64,000 bases of DNA from Hypanus sabinus (GCF_030144855.1 NC_082707.1:26660001-26724000), one strand, 5' to 3'. Counted from the first letter of the stretch, positions 37,208-50,267 are shown. Made by a program: numbers and translations. The notes: generated by a model not told the origin, from the letters alone.

Positions 37208-38650
37208 CAAACCTAAGGTGCAGTCATGGGCACTCACGTGGGCCCTAGCTGTGCCTGCTTTTTCGTTGGCTACATGGAGCAGTCCATGTTCTATGCCTTC
37301 GATGGTAATGTTCCCTGAAACTTCGAGTTAAATTAACGACTGCCTTGGCGCTCCTTCGTGCACGCATGCCGAGCTCGTCAATTTCATCACCTTGCCTCTA
37401 ACTTCCACCGTGCCTGTAAAATTCACCTGGTCCAACTCTGATACCTCTCTCCCCTTCCTTGATCTCTCTGGCTCCATCTCCAGAGACAAACTATCTACTG
37501 ATATCTTTTTTAAACTGATTCTGCTGATTCTCACAGATGTCTTAACTATAACCTCTTCCCACCATGTCTCATCTAAAAATGTCATTCACTTTTTTCAGTT
37601 CCTCGGTTGCCACTGCATCTGGATGAGGCTTTCCTTTCCAGAACATCTGAGATGTCCTCCTCCTTCAAAGAATGGGCTTCCTTTTGTCTACCATTGATGC
37701 TGCCTCACCCGTGTCTCTTCCATTTCCTGGACATCTGCCCTCATCCCATCTTTCTGCTCTCATAACAGTTCCTCCTGTCTTTACCTACCACCCCATGAGC
37801 TACTACATAGGAACATGGAAAACCTATAGCACAATACAGGCCCTTCAGCCCACAAAGTTGTGCCAAACATGTCCCTACCTCAGAAATTACTAGGCTTACC
37901 TATAGCCCTCTACTTTACTGAGCTCCATGTACCTTTCTAAGAACCTCTTAAAAGACCCTATTGTATCCACCTCCACCAGCGTTGCCGGCAGCCCATTCCA
38001 TGCATTCACCACTCTCTGAGTAAAAAACTTACCCCTGATATCTCCTCTGTACCTACTCCATAGCACCTTAAACCTGTGTCCTCTTGTGACAACCACTTCA
38101 GCCCTGGGAAAAAGCCTCTGACTATCCACGTGATCAATGCCTCTCATCATCTTATACACCTCTATCAGGTCACCTCTCATCCTCCTTCGGTCCAAGGAGA
38201 AAAGGCCAAGTTCACTCAACCTGTTCTCATAAGACATGCTCCCCAATCCAGGCAACATCCTTGTAAATCTCCTCTGCACCTTTTCTATGGCTTCCACACC
38301 CTTCTTGTAGTGAGGCGACCAGAACTGAGCACAGTACTCCAAGTGGGGTCTGACCAGGGTCCTATATAGCTGCAACATTACCTCTCAGGTCCTAAATTCA
38401 ATTCCATGATTTATGAAGGCCAATACACCTTCTTAACCACAGAGTCAACCTGCTCAGCTGCTTTGAGTATCCTATGGACTCGGACCCCTAGCACATTGTT
38501 CTTAGCAACTTCCACCATCTCAAATGGGATCATCCTACCACTAAGCACATTTTTACCTCCCCACACTCTCTGTTTTCTTCTGGGATCACTCCCTCTGTAA
38601 TTCCCTTGTCTGCTTGTCCCTGCCCACTGATAATGCTCCTGGCACTTATC
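37208..38650 (+). mobile_element. Neptune-type PLE RT fragment split by a CR1 insertion
   Basis: GAVMGTHVGPSCACFFVGYMEQ, KFTWS..SLPFLDL; resumes at 38490 with HIVLSNFHHL. Confidence 0.85.
37806..38490 (-). mobile_element. CR1 3' end
   Basis: 160-aa ORF LYRTLVRPHLEYCAQFWSP...FFTQRVVNAWNGLP. Confidence 0.93.
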
Positions 38651-39234
38651 CCAGAATAAAGGGTTCACCATCTGGATTATGAGGAAACCTTTTCTCTCAG
38701 AAGGCCATCAGTCTTCAAAAATCTCTATGAAGGGAGTTGTGGAAGCTGAGATGGGGAGTAAATTCAATATTGATTGTGGGCCATAAGGAAATCAAATATT
38801 TTGAATATTAATGGAATCTGCATATATGGGTTTAGTGCAGCAGAGTGGCCAAGGATTAAAGGTAGGCTGCCATTGTAAAGAAAGATGAAACAGGCTCAAG
38901 GTACTGAATTGTGCATTCCTGCTTCCATTTCTTAAGCTCTGAAAGCTGTTGGAATAAGGCATGAAAATACTATAGATCTGAGGCCCAGATCTGCCGTGAA
39001 CTTTTCAAATGGCATAGCAGACTTGAGTATAGTCTATTCCTGCTCATTCACCAATTAACTATCTCCCTTCTTCCTCTCCCCTCTTTAAGGTGCTTCCAAA
39101 AGCACGCAGGATTTGTTTGATCTCCAAATACTTCCTTGTGTAATGTGCACGTTCAGATATTTTCCTACTTTGAAGGCATTACGCAAGCTAGGAGATGAAG
39201 GGGAGAGCCATCATCATCTACTGGTCATGGTCAG

Positions 39235-39780
39235 AGTTTGAAGTATGTATACCGTGCACAACCTTGAGATTCAACTTCTGGCAGGCCCTCAAAAAACCAA
39301 GCACAACAGAATCCACCAAGAAACATGCGTAACAAAGACCAGCAAACATCCAATGTGCAAAAGAGGACAAATGGTGCAATTAACTCTTAAAAATAAACAA
39401 ATTATACATAGAACCTGAGCTAAAGAGTCCCCAGAAGTGAGTCTACAGGCTGCAGAGTCAGTTAGCACTGAGGCAAGTGAAGCTGGTCCAGGAGCCAATT
39501 GGCGGCAGGGTGACAACTGCTCTCAAACCTGGCAATGTGGGACCAAAAGCTCCTGCAACACATGCCTGATTGTAGTAGTGAGGAGAGAGGGAGACAGGTC
39601 AAATATAGGTTGACAGGCAGACTCAGGACTTGGCTGGCGTGAATTATTGGGGCTGAACACCAGTTCAAAGCTCAGGCCTTGAAGCTTTAATCTGGCTCGA
39701 CACTTCAATCGGCGCAGGGTAAGTGGGGTTGAACACTGGTTCAACTTGCACTCTCGGGCCTCAATGGTTTAAGCTGGCTT
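39235..39780 (-). mobile_element. Rex-tailed non-autonomous repeat
   Basis: Reverse-complemented Rex 3' UTR block (caatgtgcaaaagaggacaaa..gagtcc). Confidence 0.5.
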
Positions 39781-40277
39781 GAAGTCCTCCCCAGTGGTGG
39801 CTGACCCTCGTCCTCAAAGAAAACCTGCATTCCCAAGAGTCAATCCTTCAGAAATGGGTTGAGTGTCTGATGAGGTAGATTCGGCCATTCACTGGGAATC
39901 TTCATTCTGGGTTAAAACTGGAGGTCATAAATGAGGAGGGCAAAGTAGACATATAAAATGAATCAGCAGTTCAAAATACAGCTGTTAAATTCTGCTTCAG
40001 TCAGAACTTGGGCCTTATTTATTTTGTGTTGTAAGGCCTATTTATTCATGCTCTAATCTTTTTCAATTTAGTGATCACAAAATAGGATCCAAAGTTCCCA
40101 GGAAGGTGGAGAATGGAAATGTAACAAATCTATTCGTGATTTGACCAACGAACACCATGTCATCTAATGTTGTGGTCTGACTCTGGGTGGACTTATCCTT
40201 GCGTGAACTAAAGCATGGCCAGAGACACAACTGTGATGAGTAAACGTGGGAGTAAAATAATTTCAAACAGAAAACGT

Positions 40278-40402
40278 CCCCATGAAGAGTCGTAGCCTAA
40301 AATGTCGACTGTTTTCTCCACAGACACTTCCTGACCTGCTCAGTTCCTCCAGCATTTTGTGTGCGTTGCTCTGGATTTCCAGCATCTGCAGAATTTCTTA
40401 TG
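40278..40402 (+). mobile_element. Penelope pLTR fragment with a degenerate hammerhead
   Basis: ccatgaagagtcgtagcctaaaatgtcgactg..ctgacctgctcagttcctccagcattttg. Confidence 0.7.
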
Positions 40403-41299
40403 TTAGTTATTGAATACCTTATTTGATGTATGTATTTATTTAGCCAGCAGAATGGTCCTCTGATTCCAGTTTTCTTCAGAGTTTGCTAATAGAAAAGGCT
40501 CAATCTTGGAGCCCTGGTCAAAAGGCAGAGAAGACTTGAAGGGCCGAATGGCCTAATTCTACTCCTATGTCTTATGGGCAAATTAAAATGCAAGATTGAG
40601 TGCCTAATAATAGTGACCTACCCCCTTATTCATTAGATATGTGGTTCAGGCTCCAATGCATCTTCCTTCTCCTAAATCTACCACACTCAGTTAGTTACAA
40701 CTGCAGAATTTATTCAGCATAAAATTGTATTCAGTCACAAGGATCCCATAAATAAATGAAAGAACATAACCAGTGTCCCATTAATGAAACTATTCCTAAA
40801 GCTTCTTTAGTTTTCCTGTGTGGTTACTGCTTCAATCGCTTAATTTCCTGGAATATAAGCCCTTTCTCCCTCACGTCTACTGTAAATGGCCGTGTGAAAC
40901 CAATTTTCAGGACTGCTTGCTGTTGAGTGATGCACAGTTCACCTTCAGGAAGTGACTCTCTGTCAGAGTGTGTGCCTCCTCCTTTCCTCCCCCAACCCCT
41001 CGTCCCACGACGTTGTCCAGATTGGCAGCCTTTGGTCTCTGATTCCACCAATTGTCCATGCCTTGCACATAATCAGTATGGAGATGAGTGAGAGCAAGGT
41101 TATGGCAAACTGCGAAAAATAATTTATAAAGTGAGATTGACTGTATCAACTACCAGCTGCAAACTGCACACGTGGAATATAAATCATATTGTGTGGCTGC
41201 CTGTGACATTTCCTTTCCTCCTCTATGTTTAAGATTATTATCAAACACACAGCCGCTTGTTTGGGAGATTATTCCTGCACTGCGTCAGCCAGCACCGTG

Positions 41300-41430
41300 C
41301 TTCCTGTTAGAGAGCAGGTTGTGATTTCAAAGCCTGATCTCTGTGTGTCTTATCCAGGATGACAGCCTCATGCTGACACTCTCCTGCACTGTCAGATGAA
41401 TCAGCCTTCAGATAAGACATTAGCCTGACT
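41300..41430 (+). mobile_element. Ancient Deu-SINE remnant
   Basis: ggttgtgatttcaa..atccaggatgaca..tgcactgtcagatg..cttcagataagacatta resembles the Deu-domain 5' region. Confidence 0.4.
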
Positions 41431-41617
41431 GTTTAAGGGAATCTTAATGGCAGCTGATAGACTCCAGGGCTCTTGCTGCACGATGATGAAACGAGATGAA
41501 TGGTGGGACCCCAGCTGCTGAACTGATCTGTTGAATTGGCCTTGGCTGAGGTCTGGAGATGCTGTGGAAAGCAAGACTGCCACTGTTCCAAGGAGGAAAT
41601 TAAACTGGCCTTTTCTC

Positions 41618-41960
41618 CAGCATGGAGAAAAATATCTAAATAGAGTGGATACGGAGGGGATGTTTCCACTAGTGGAGGAGCCTAGGACCTGAGGGCACAG
41701 CCTCAGAAAAGAAGGACATCCCTTTAGAATGGAGATGAGAAGGAATTTCTTTAGCCAGAGGGTGATGAGTCTGTGGCATTCATAGCCACAGATGTCTGAG
41801 AATGCCAAGGCATTGGGTATATTTAAAGAAGAGGTTAATAGGTTCTTGATTAGTAAGGATATTAAAAGTTACCAAGAGAAGGTACGAAAATGGGGTTGTG
41901 AGGGATAATAAATGATGGAATGGCTAATTCTGCTTCTATCCCTTATCATCTTATGGTTTT
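41618..41960 (+). mobile_element. CR1 3' end
   Basis: gagatgagaaggaatttctttagccagagggtg; cttatgg tail. Confidence 0.88.
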
Positions 41961-42344
41961 ATGGAATTTCTATACTGCAACAGTTTGGAGAGCACAAATG
42001 AATGAATAAAGTTTAAAGTAAGTTTATTATTAACTTCAGGTTTCTTTTTCTTTGTAGGAATTCACAGTAGAACAAAAAATTCAAAAGTATCAATGAAAAT
42101 TCTACGAAGAGTGTCAAACAACCAATGTGCAAAATAAGACAAACTGTGCAAATAAAAAATGTAATAATAAATCAATAAATAATACTAAGAACATAAGTTG
42201 CAGAATCCTTGAAAGTTAGTCTATTGGTTGGGGAATCAATTCAGAGTTGTGATACGTAAAGTTATCCATTTACCTCAACTCTAAGCTCAGCTGTGCTGTT
42301 GTCCAAAGTTTAGTCGTCTGCAGCAAATCATCTGGAGTCACCAT

Positions 42345-42965
42345 AACACTACAGAGCACTACAGCGCAGAAACAAGCACATCAGTCCATCTAATTCATGC
42401 TGAACTATTATTCTGACTAGTTCCGTCGACTTGCTCTTGGACCGCAGCCCTCCATTTCCCTCCCATCCATGTGCTTATCTAAAATTCACATGAATTTTCC
42501 AATTGAACCTGCTTCCATCACTTCCGCTGGCAGCTTATGTCACTTTTGCATTACCCTCTGAGTGAAGAAGTTGCTCCTGGTTATCAACTGTTTCCCCTTT
42601 CACTCTTAACCTATCTCCTCTGACTCTAGTTTCATCCAATCTCAGTGGAAGAAGCCTGAATGCTTCTGACCTACCTATATCCATATTAATTTTGTACACC
42701 TCTATCAAATCTGCTCTTATTCTCCTACACTCCAAGGACTGAAGTCCTAACTTATTCAACCTTTCCCTATAACTCAAGTCCTCCAGTCCTGGCAACATCC
42801 TTGTGAATTTTCTCTGTACTCTTTCAACCTTATTGACATCTTTCCAAAAGATTGTGAGCAGAATTGCACACAATACTCCAAATTTGGCTTCACCAATATC
42901 TCATACAACTTTGACAAAATATCCCAACTCCTATACTCACATATCCTAATTTAAGAAGGCCAAAA
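42345..42965 (-). mobile_element. CR1 3' end
   Basis: KVERVQRKFTRMLPGLEDLSYRERLNKLGL. Confidence 0.9.
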
Positions 42966-43546
42966 TTATGTTTATTCAAAAAAATGCAATGCTGGAAATC
43001 TGAAATAAAAAATTGAAAACACACAAAACACTCAACAGATCAAGCAGCTTGTGTGGGAGGAGAAACAGATTAACATTTCCCCCAAAGTGTTTATTTCTAT
43101 TTGTACAAATGCTGCCTGACCTGCTGAGTATTTAAGTTTAAGTGATCATTGGGGTAAAGTGCTGTTGGACGGACTAAGAAGCTTTACAAGAATTTAAAAT
43201 AAACAGAAACAACAGCCATACACCCACCCAGTCCACATTAGCTCTTTGTAGTGCAATCTAGTTAGTTTTATTTCCCTGGTTCCTTCCCATTAATCCTATA
43301 AATCATTTTTCCTCATTCTCTTTCATTATCCATTTCCTTTTTGAAGCTCTTTTATTCCAATACCCTCATAGGCAATGAATGCCAGATCATAGCCCTTTCT
43401 GTCTTCATGCCTTTTCTTCAGATGCTGAGTAGATTATTGTCCTAATTCTTTGCTCATATAAAGCTCACGGAATAAACAGTATACTGCAAATGATAAAGAT
43501 AAATATAACGATAATTATAGTGATTAGTGCAAAACAACAGAATACA

Positions 43547-44290
43547 GATCACATCTTTCTATGCCTGGGTTGAGTTGTTCTCTGATCTTGGCAATTTACT
43601 AGCCAACGCGCATTCTGGTCCATGAACATCATAGGGCTGTAAAGTGGCATGACCAACTCTCTCTAGTCTCTACCCATGAAGATTGGGAGGGGCACAAATT
43701 CAACTGGGCACCAGTGAAAGTTATGGCACAAGCAAACACACAGCATGGAAGACAATTCCTTGAAGCCTGGCTTTCCGCCAACAATTATGCAGACAAACAT
43801 GTAGACCTCGATCCTATTTATGAGCCAATGCAGGCAAAATTTCAGAGCACAATGCATGAAATTCACCACACCATCAAACAGTGATGAGATTTCCTCCCCA
43901 CAACACAACAGAGTTTCCAAAATGATGACCGATCAGCTGATTGATAGGTATGTAAAGGCCAAGCACTCGGAGGACATGTTACATTCAACAGTGGACTGAT
44001 CTCGTGTGGTGATGAAACATTTGCTAGTAAATTGCCAAGGTCAGACAACAACTCAACCCAGGCATAGAAGGATGTGATCCCCATTTTGTTGTTTTGCACT
44101 TATCACTGTATTTATTGTTATTTATTTTTATCATTTGCAGTATACTGTTTATTCTGTGAGCTTTATACAAACATAGAATTTCATCGCACCATGGTGATGA
44201 AATACTTGTAAGTAAATTGCCAAAATTGGAGAACAACTCAACTCAACCCAACCATCAACCACCCGAGCTACACATCTTCTGAATTATCTC
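43547..44290 (+). mobile_element. Poseidon/Penelope-clade PLE 3' end with an inverted pLTR copy at its 5' end and a further partial direct pLTR
   Basis: HEHHRAVKWHDQLSLVSTHEDWEGHKFNWAPVKVMAQANTQHGRQFLEAWLSANNYADKHVDLDPIYEP at ~43621-43827; 57-bp inverted repeats 43547-43603 / 44023-44079. Confidence 0.85.
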
Positions 44291-45089
44291 CAACATCCTT
44301 CTATGCTTTTTCCCCATAATGTTCAACCTGTGCTCCCCAGTCTTTGAACTATACACCTTCCCTTTATGCAGCCTATCTCATCTGCCATGATCTTACAACA
44401 CATGTAACAAATCCTCCCTCAAGTCTCAAATGCTCCAGTTTCTCCATTCTAACCTTTCATCCCTACAGCTTTTCTCAGTGGAAGGAGAGGGATCTTTTTG
44501 CTTGAAGTTAAAGTTTCCCTCTCCACTGATGCTGCCTGACCTGCTGATCATGTTCAGCAATTTTTGTTTTTACTTCAGCTTCCTGGCATCTACTTTTTTC
44601 TCTGATTAATTGTCTATCTGTTTGGGCAGTAGTTGTCTCCACTCCTCACTAACACCGAACAGTTCATTGTCTTTAGTGGAACATACCAGCCATCCCATAC
44701 CTCTAAGCTGATGTCTCCCCCGGAAATTTTTTACAATCATTATCCCCATGTGCGGTTATTCCCAATTTTTCCACCTCTCCTTCCATTCCTTATTCTTTCC
44801 ACAGGAAGTGCCAGAATTCCCAACCATGTTCCCTCCATAATCCATTGTTCTCTTGTTCTCAAACCCCTCAACACAGCAACCCTACCACCAAACTATGGCT
44901 GCTGTCGTCTTTGAGGGAATAATGTCAGTTTTGAGGCTTTGCTCTTTTTTGTATTCATCGTGAACCCTATTTGCACTTTCCACTGCGTTTAGGAATCCAG
45001 TGAGGTTAAATACTGTGTGGTAACAGCAACTTATCTGATTACTGTTGGTAGGAGGTTGTTCATTTGCTGTTGCAGAACAGGAGACTGAG

Positions 45090-45795
45090 TGGTCCAGGTA
45101 CGCCATTCCTACAAAGTGGTGACACGGGTAGACAGGGTGACGAAGAAGGCAGTTGGACCATTTGCCTGCATTGGTCAGAATATCGAGTACAGCAGCTGGA
45201 ACTTCACGTTGCACCTGTACAACACATTGGTCAGGCTACATTTGGAGTCCTGTGTACAGATCTAGTTGTACTGCTATTGGAAGGATGTCAATCAGCTAGA
45301 GAGGGTGCAAGAACTGTTTGCGAGTTTGTAACTGTGACTGAATTATAAAGAGGGGCTGGATAGGCTGGGAGTTTTTCCCCTGGAGCATGGTAGGCTGATG
45401 GGTGACATTATAAAAGTCTATGAGATCATGGGGGGGGGGTGGGGGGGGGGGGAGACACAGATAACATGAATGGCCGAAGTTTTTTCCCCAGCAATGGGAA
45501 AGCTAAAACTAGAGGACATTGGTCTCAAGTGAAAGAGGGAGATTTAAAAGGAAGCTGAGGGTAACTTTCTCACACAGAGAGGGTGATTGTATGGAATATG
45601 CTGCCAGAAGAAGTGATAGGGACAGGTACAAATACAAAATTCAAGAGACATTTGGATAATTGCATGAATAGGGTAGTTTTAGAGGGATATGGGGCAAATG
45701 CAGGCAAGTGGGACTGGCTCAGATAAACAACTTTGTTGGCAAGCATAAGCTGGGCCAACAGACAATTCCTATGCTGTATAGTTCTGTGACTCTAC
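45090..45795 (+). mobile_element. Degraded CR1 3' end with an internal G-run
   Basis: LYNTLVRLHLE remnant; CR1 3' UTR. Confidence 0.8.
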
Positions 45796-45869
45796 AGCTG
45801 CTGTGTCCAAAACAGCAATTGCATAATTTGTGCTATTGGAGCATCGTTGGAATACACAGAAGCATTTGT

Positions 45870-46620
45870 AACACACACAAAATGCTGGAGGAACTCAGCA
45901 GGTCTGGCAGCACCTATGGAAAAGAGTAAACAGTCAACGTTTCAGACTGAGACCCTTCATCCAGATTGGGAAAAAGAGAAGATAGAGTATGGTAGGGGGA
46001 GGAGAGGAAGAGGTGTACGGTGGTAGGTGATAGGTCAAACTGGGAGAAGGGGAGGGGTGAAGCAAAGAGCTGGGAAGTTGATTGGTGGAAGAAGTAAAGG
46101 GCTGGAGAAGGGGAAATCTGATAGGAGAAGGTAGAAGACCATGGAAGAAAAGGAAGGGGGAGGAGCACCAGCGGTGATGGCCAGGTAATTAGGTAAGGTG
46201 CGAGAGGGAAAGGAGAATGGGGGGGATGGTGGGGGGGGGGGGGCGGTAATTAGCAGAAGTTTGAGAAATCAATGTTCATGCCAGCAGGTTGGAGGCTACC
46301 CAGATGGAATATAAGGTGTTGCTCCTCCAACCTGAGTGTAGCCTCATCAGGACGGTAGAGGAGGCCACAGACTGGCATGTTGGTATGGGAATGGGAAGTA
46401 AAACTGAAGTCGCTGGCCACCAGGAGATCCCACTTTTTCTGGCGGATGGAGTGTTGCTACTCAACGAAGTGGTTTCCCAATCTATGCCAGGTCTCACCAA
46501 TATACAGGTGGCTACTACGGGAGCACTGGATACAGCAAACGATCTGTTGAACTGTTGCTTCACCTGGAAGGACTGTTTGGGGCCCTGAATGGGAGTGAGG
46601 GAGAATTTGTAAGGTAGTTT
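45870..46620 (-). mobile_element. Neptune-clade PLE 3' end (GIY-YIG plus pLTR hammerhead)
   Basis: Minus strand CIQCSRSSHLYIGETWHRLGNHFVE*; caatc-tggatga-agggtctcagtct-gaaacgtt-gactg at 45931-45968. Confidence 0.88.
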
Positions 46621-46739
46621 TCACCATTCAGAATTCATGAAAAGAGCATATGAATACAGGCTCTTTCTTCCTTGCTGACAATGTGATTTATTCCCTCCAG
46701 GAATTTTAATGCAATGTGCTTAGGCTTGCAGGCACAGAG

Positions 46740-47050
46740 GAGTTGGTTAATGTTAGAGTATGTTTGATGTCGTGGTGTTGGCTGAGCTTGGCAATTGACT
46801 TGTTGATGTTTCATCACCAGTCGAGGTAACATCCTCAGTGCCCCTGTTTGCTTGATTCAAAATAGACGCCATCTACGAACCCCTAGGAGCCAATAGCTCA
46901 AAAGTGAGCCAATAGAATTCAAAGGTCCATTGTAGCCAATCAGGACCGAGGCAAGCTAATGGGGGCCTATATAAACATGTCACTTCCAGAGAGAAACATC
47001 AACAGCTACACACTGAGCTGACGAAATGTCTGCAAACTACATGCCTATGT
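46740..47050. mobile_element. Poseidon-type PLE pLTR with an inverted copy, CCAAT/TATA boxes and a hammerhead
   Basis: Minus strand CTGAGGA-tgttacc-tcgact-ggtgat-GAAACATC at 46805-46838; plus strand has CCAAT x3, ctatataaac, then ctgag..gacgaaatgtc. Confidence 0.65.
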
Positions 47051-47654
47051 GTATAGCCATTTGATTTCCCTGACCATCTGAGAATAGTCAAAGAAGAAAA
47101 AAGGTAACATCTGAGTAAATGAGTCTATACTGGCCAGGCACTCCTCTTGATTGTGAGGTAATCTCCATGTTTCAGATGTGGCGCCATCATTTCTCCAACG
47201 GTTGGTCTACACAGAGTTTTTGCTGCCTGTACTCCCAAAATCCTCCATTCTTTTCATTTTCCTGATCACATCAATCTGTTACGTTTCCATTTTGTTGGCT
47301 CAAGTTCATCTGATTGACCTGTCTCAGCTTGTCATTGGATCTGGCCAAAGAGTACAAATAATGTTACTTTAGGGCTCTTTCCCCAGACGTGTGCCTCAGG
47401 CACCGTCCTTTGTTCTTTCCACCTCAGACCAGTTCAGCCAAGCCAGCCAAGCTCTGGGCTCAGGCTGCTTCAGATCACAAGCTGTTCTTTCTTCACATTG
47501 CCAATTTTTCATAACTGAATAAACAGCTTCTTATCTTGACGTGGTCTGAGGATTAGCAGAACGTAAGCAGGAAAATCATTGTGTCCACGTTCAATTATTG
47601 TAATTGAGCCATGCCTGAGCAGAACCAGTCCACTAAACAGTTCACAAATGTTTC

Positions 47655-47925
47655 ATTTATTTATTGAAATACAGCGTGGAACAGGCTCTTCAGGCCCTTT
47701 AAGCCACCTCACTCAGCAACCCCTGATTATACTCTAGCCTAATCCCAGGACAATTTAAAATGACCAATTAACCTACTAACTGGTACATCTTTAGACTGTG
47801 GGAGGAAACCTGAGCACCCAGTGGAAACCCATGCGTTCACAGGTAGAATGTACAAACTCCTTACAGGCAGCGGCGAGAATTGAACCCGGGTCACTTAAAA
47901 CATTGTGTTTTCCATTGTGCCAGTT
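47655..47925 (-). mobile_element. V-SINE copy
   Basis: Same V domain, B box and tail as 15115-15393. Confidence 0.85.
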
Positions 47926-49611
47926 TCATAAAATGGCAGCCTCCATTCCTTTGACTACATGGCAAGAACAAAGATGTTAGCTTTGTCTGCTTCCACAGCC
48001 TGCTCACTCTTTTGCAGATTTTAGTTCTTGCTGGCCAACACTTTCCTCTCATCTTTCTTGCCTGGAGGCACCTGATCATTCATGCACCTAGAGGGGGTTG
48101 AATCTGAACCTCGACAGGAACAGAATGCTGAGCAACTGCAGGAAAATGTGAGGAATACGCAGCAAGTTGGGCAGCGTCTATGAGATGAGAAACTGACTTC
48201 ACATTTCAGACCTGAGACCATTAGTCAGAATTCACATCTGGTGCGTTAATTCCGTTTCCTTGTTCAGAGCTTTGGCCTACCCCGCTGAGGGTTTCCAGCA
48301 GATTCTGCTTTTATTTCAGATTCCCAGCATTTGCCTTTTACTTCTTTCTGTCAGCAAGAAAATACCACTTTAAGTATTTCAGATCTGTTTGCTTAATGAA
48401 GAAAAGGAGTAAAAATGCAAGGCTTTTGTAATGTTGTTTCTGCAGTGACTTCAGATGGCATTTTTATAGTAGTGGTAGATTTTTGTTTCAAAGGTTCAAT
48501 CTAAAGCATGATTCAAATATTTTGATGACTGAATCATACAGGTTCTTCCTTCAAGATTTTTAATATATAATACAAACACGCCATGTGGATGAATGTGCAG
48601 GAAAGTGTTCTTTGCGCATTGTGTTCTCTGCATAGACCTTTGGAAGGGTAAAAGTGAATACTTTGCAACAAGGACTCATCTGAAATTCAAATCTCATGTT
48701 AGTTACCACCAGCCATGGAAAAGAATGCTACTTTCTTCTGCTTTATTTGGGCACAGGAAGTACATAACAGCATGCAAAGCATCTGACTATGGTTGATAAG
48801 CATTAGTCTTTGCAAAGGTTCAACGTGTATCCCTCACAAATGATACTTCCAGTTCATTCTGCAGTGAAGAATATAGGTAAAACTCCAGATTTGTCACGGT
48901 TTATAGTGCCACGCTTTCAATACAGCTTGAATAATATGTAAGAGACATTTGAATTTGTGTCATACAACAAATTCCTCCTGGATCCCTTTCTAATATGCAG
49001 TTTTTTTGTTTTATTAAAGCATCTTTCCATAACCTGTCCTTGCTGGAAATTTTTGTTCTTGGCCTGTCTCACAAGGAATGTCTTTCTGAGCTGGTCTTCT
49101 ATAAATTAATTTATACAAGGAACAAAATGTAATTCTTTCTTCGAAGGAGCCAGTCAAATAGGAAGGAAATCTGCCGCACAATGACTCCATTTACAGAGAG
49201 TAATTGCAGCTGTCAGTGTGATTATGAATTGCTAGTTCCTAAATTAAATGCTTTGAAGAATGCACAGGGCAATTTAGTACAGCACAGTTTTAAATGCTGT
49301 GAGATGGAATATAAAGCAGACTCCATTCTGTGAAAAGGGGAAGGAGTTTTAACTACAGAGATGGTGGAGGGGTGTGTGAAGAAAGTGCAGCTGTCCCGGG
49401 CTGTGGTTGGACTGCTGTTAGAAAACTCCTGCAGTTCAGAGCATCCTATTATAGAAAGGGCATCACATTCATGGGAGTCAAGCAGCAACACAGGGAGATG
49501 TTTAGCTCTCAAGTCTATGGTTCAGTTGGATGGGATATAAAAAATCTGGATCACTAACCAAACCTCTTATCCTTGGCCTTATCATTGGAGTGAGAAGTGG
49601 AGGGAAGGCAG

Positions 49612-49895
49612 GATGGTACAGTAACACAGTAGTCAGCATCGTACCTTACAGCACCAACAACCACAAGATTGGGGTTCAATTCCCTCCGCTGACCGTAAGG
49701 AGTTTGTACGTTTTCCCCCTGACTGTATGGGTATCCTTTGGGTGCTCCAGTTTCCTCCCACGTTCCAGAGGTGTACGGGTTAAGCTTAGTAAGTTGAGGG
49801 CATGCTATGTTGATGCTGGAAGCAGTTACCACCAGCACATCCTCAGACTAGGTTCATCATTGACGCAAATGGCAAATTCCGCTGTATGTTTCACT
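49612..49895 (+). mobile_element. V-SINE with an alternative (Rex-like) 3' tail
   Basis: B box ggttcaattcc, V domain, and a tail shared with 4330-4440. Confidence 0.75.
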
Positions 49896-50267
49896 CTTTG
49901 TCTTTCCAATCCCCTCCCGGGTAGTGGGTTACCTATTTAAATATTGAGCGTGCACACACTTTAACATCACTTTTTATCAGCGTCGACGAGCCCGTATCGA
50001 AACCTTGAGAAATCCACTTGCTTTAAAGAAAAGGATGTGGGAAACAAGTGCCTTTCCACATCCTGGTAGATTCACAACATCCACCTCATAATCACCTCTC
50101 ATTAACTAGTTGTCCATCCACCATTCTGATCTTCCCCTCATTCCTGCAAGTGACCCATCCAATTTTGTACATACGTACTACTCCAATAACCAATTATTTC
50201 AGTCCCTGGCCTCTAATCACTGTTCCAGGGTCTGATCTTCCACATGACATCTACCCTAACCAACCTT

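Noticed and set aside
43547-44079. DNA transposon (MITE) with 57-bp TIRs
   Set aside because: The interior encodes a PLE endonuclease C-terminus and the repeat is pLTR sequence, so an inverted pLTR explains it
45430-45453. Long G-runs (also 46219-46245) as functional G-quadruplexes
   Set aside because: Homopolymer expansions inside decayed retroelements; length may also be a sequencing artefact
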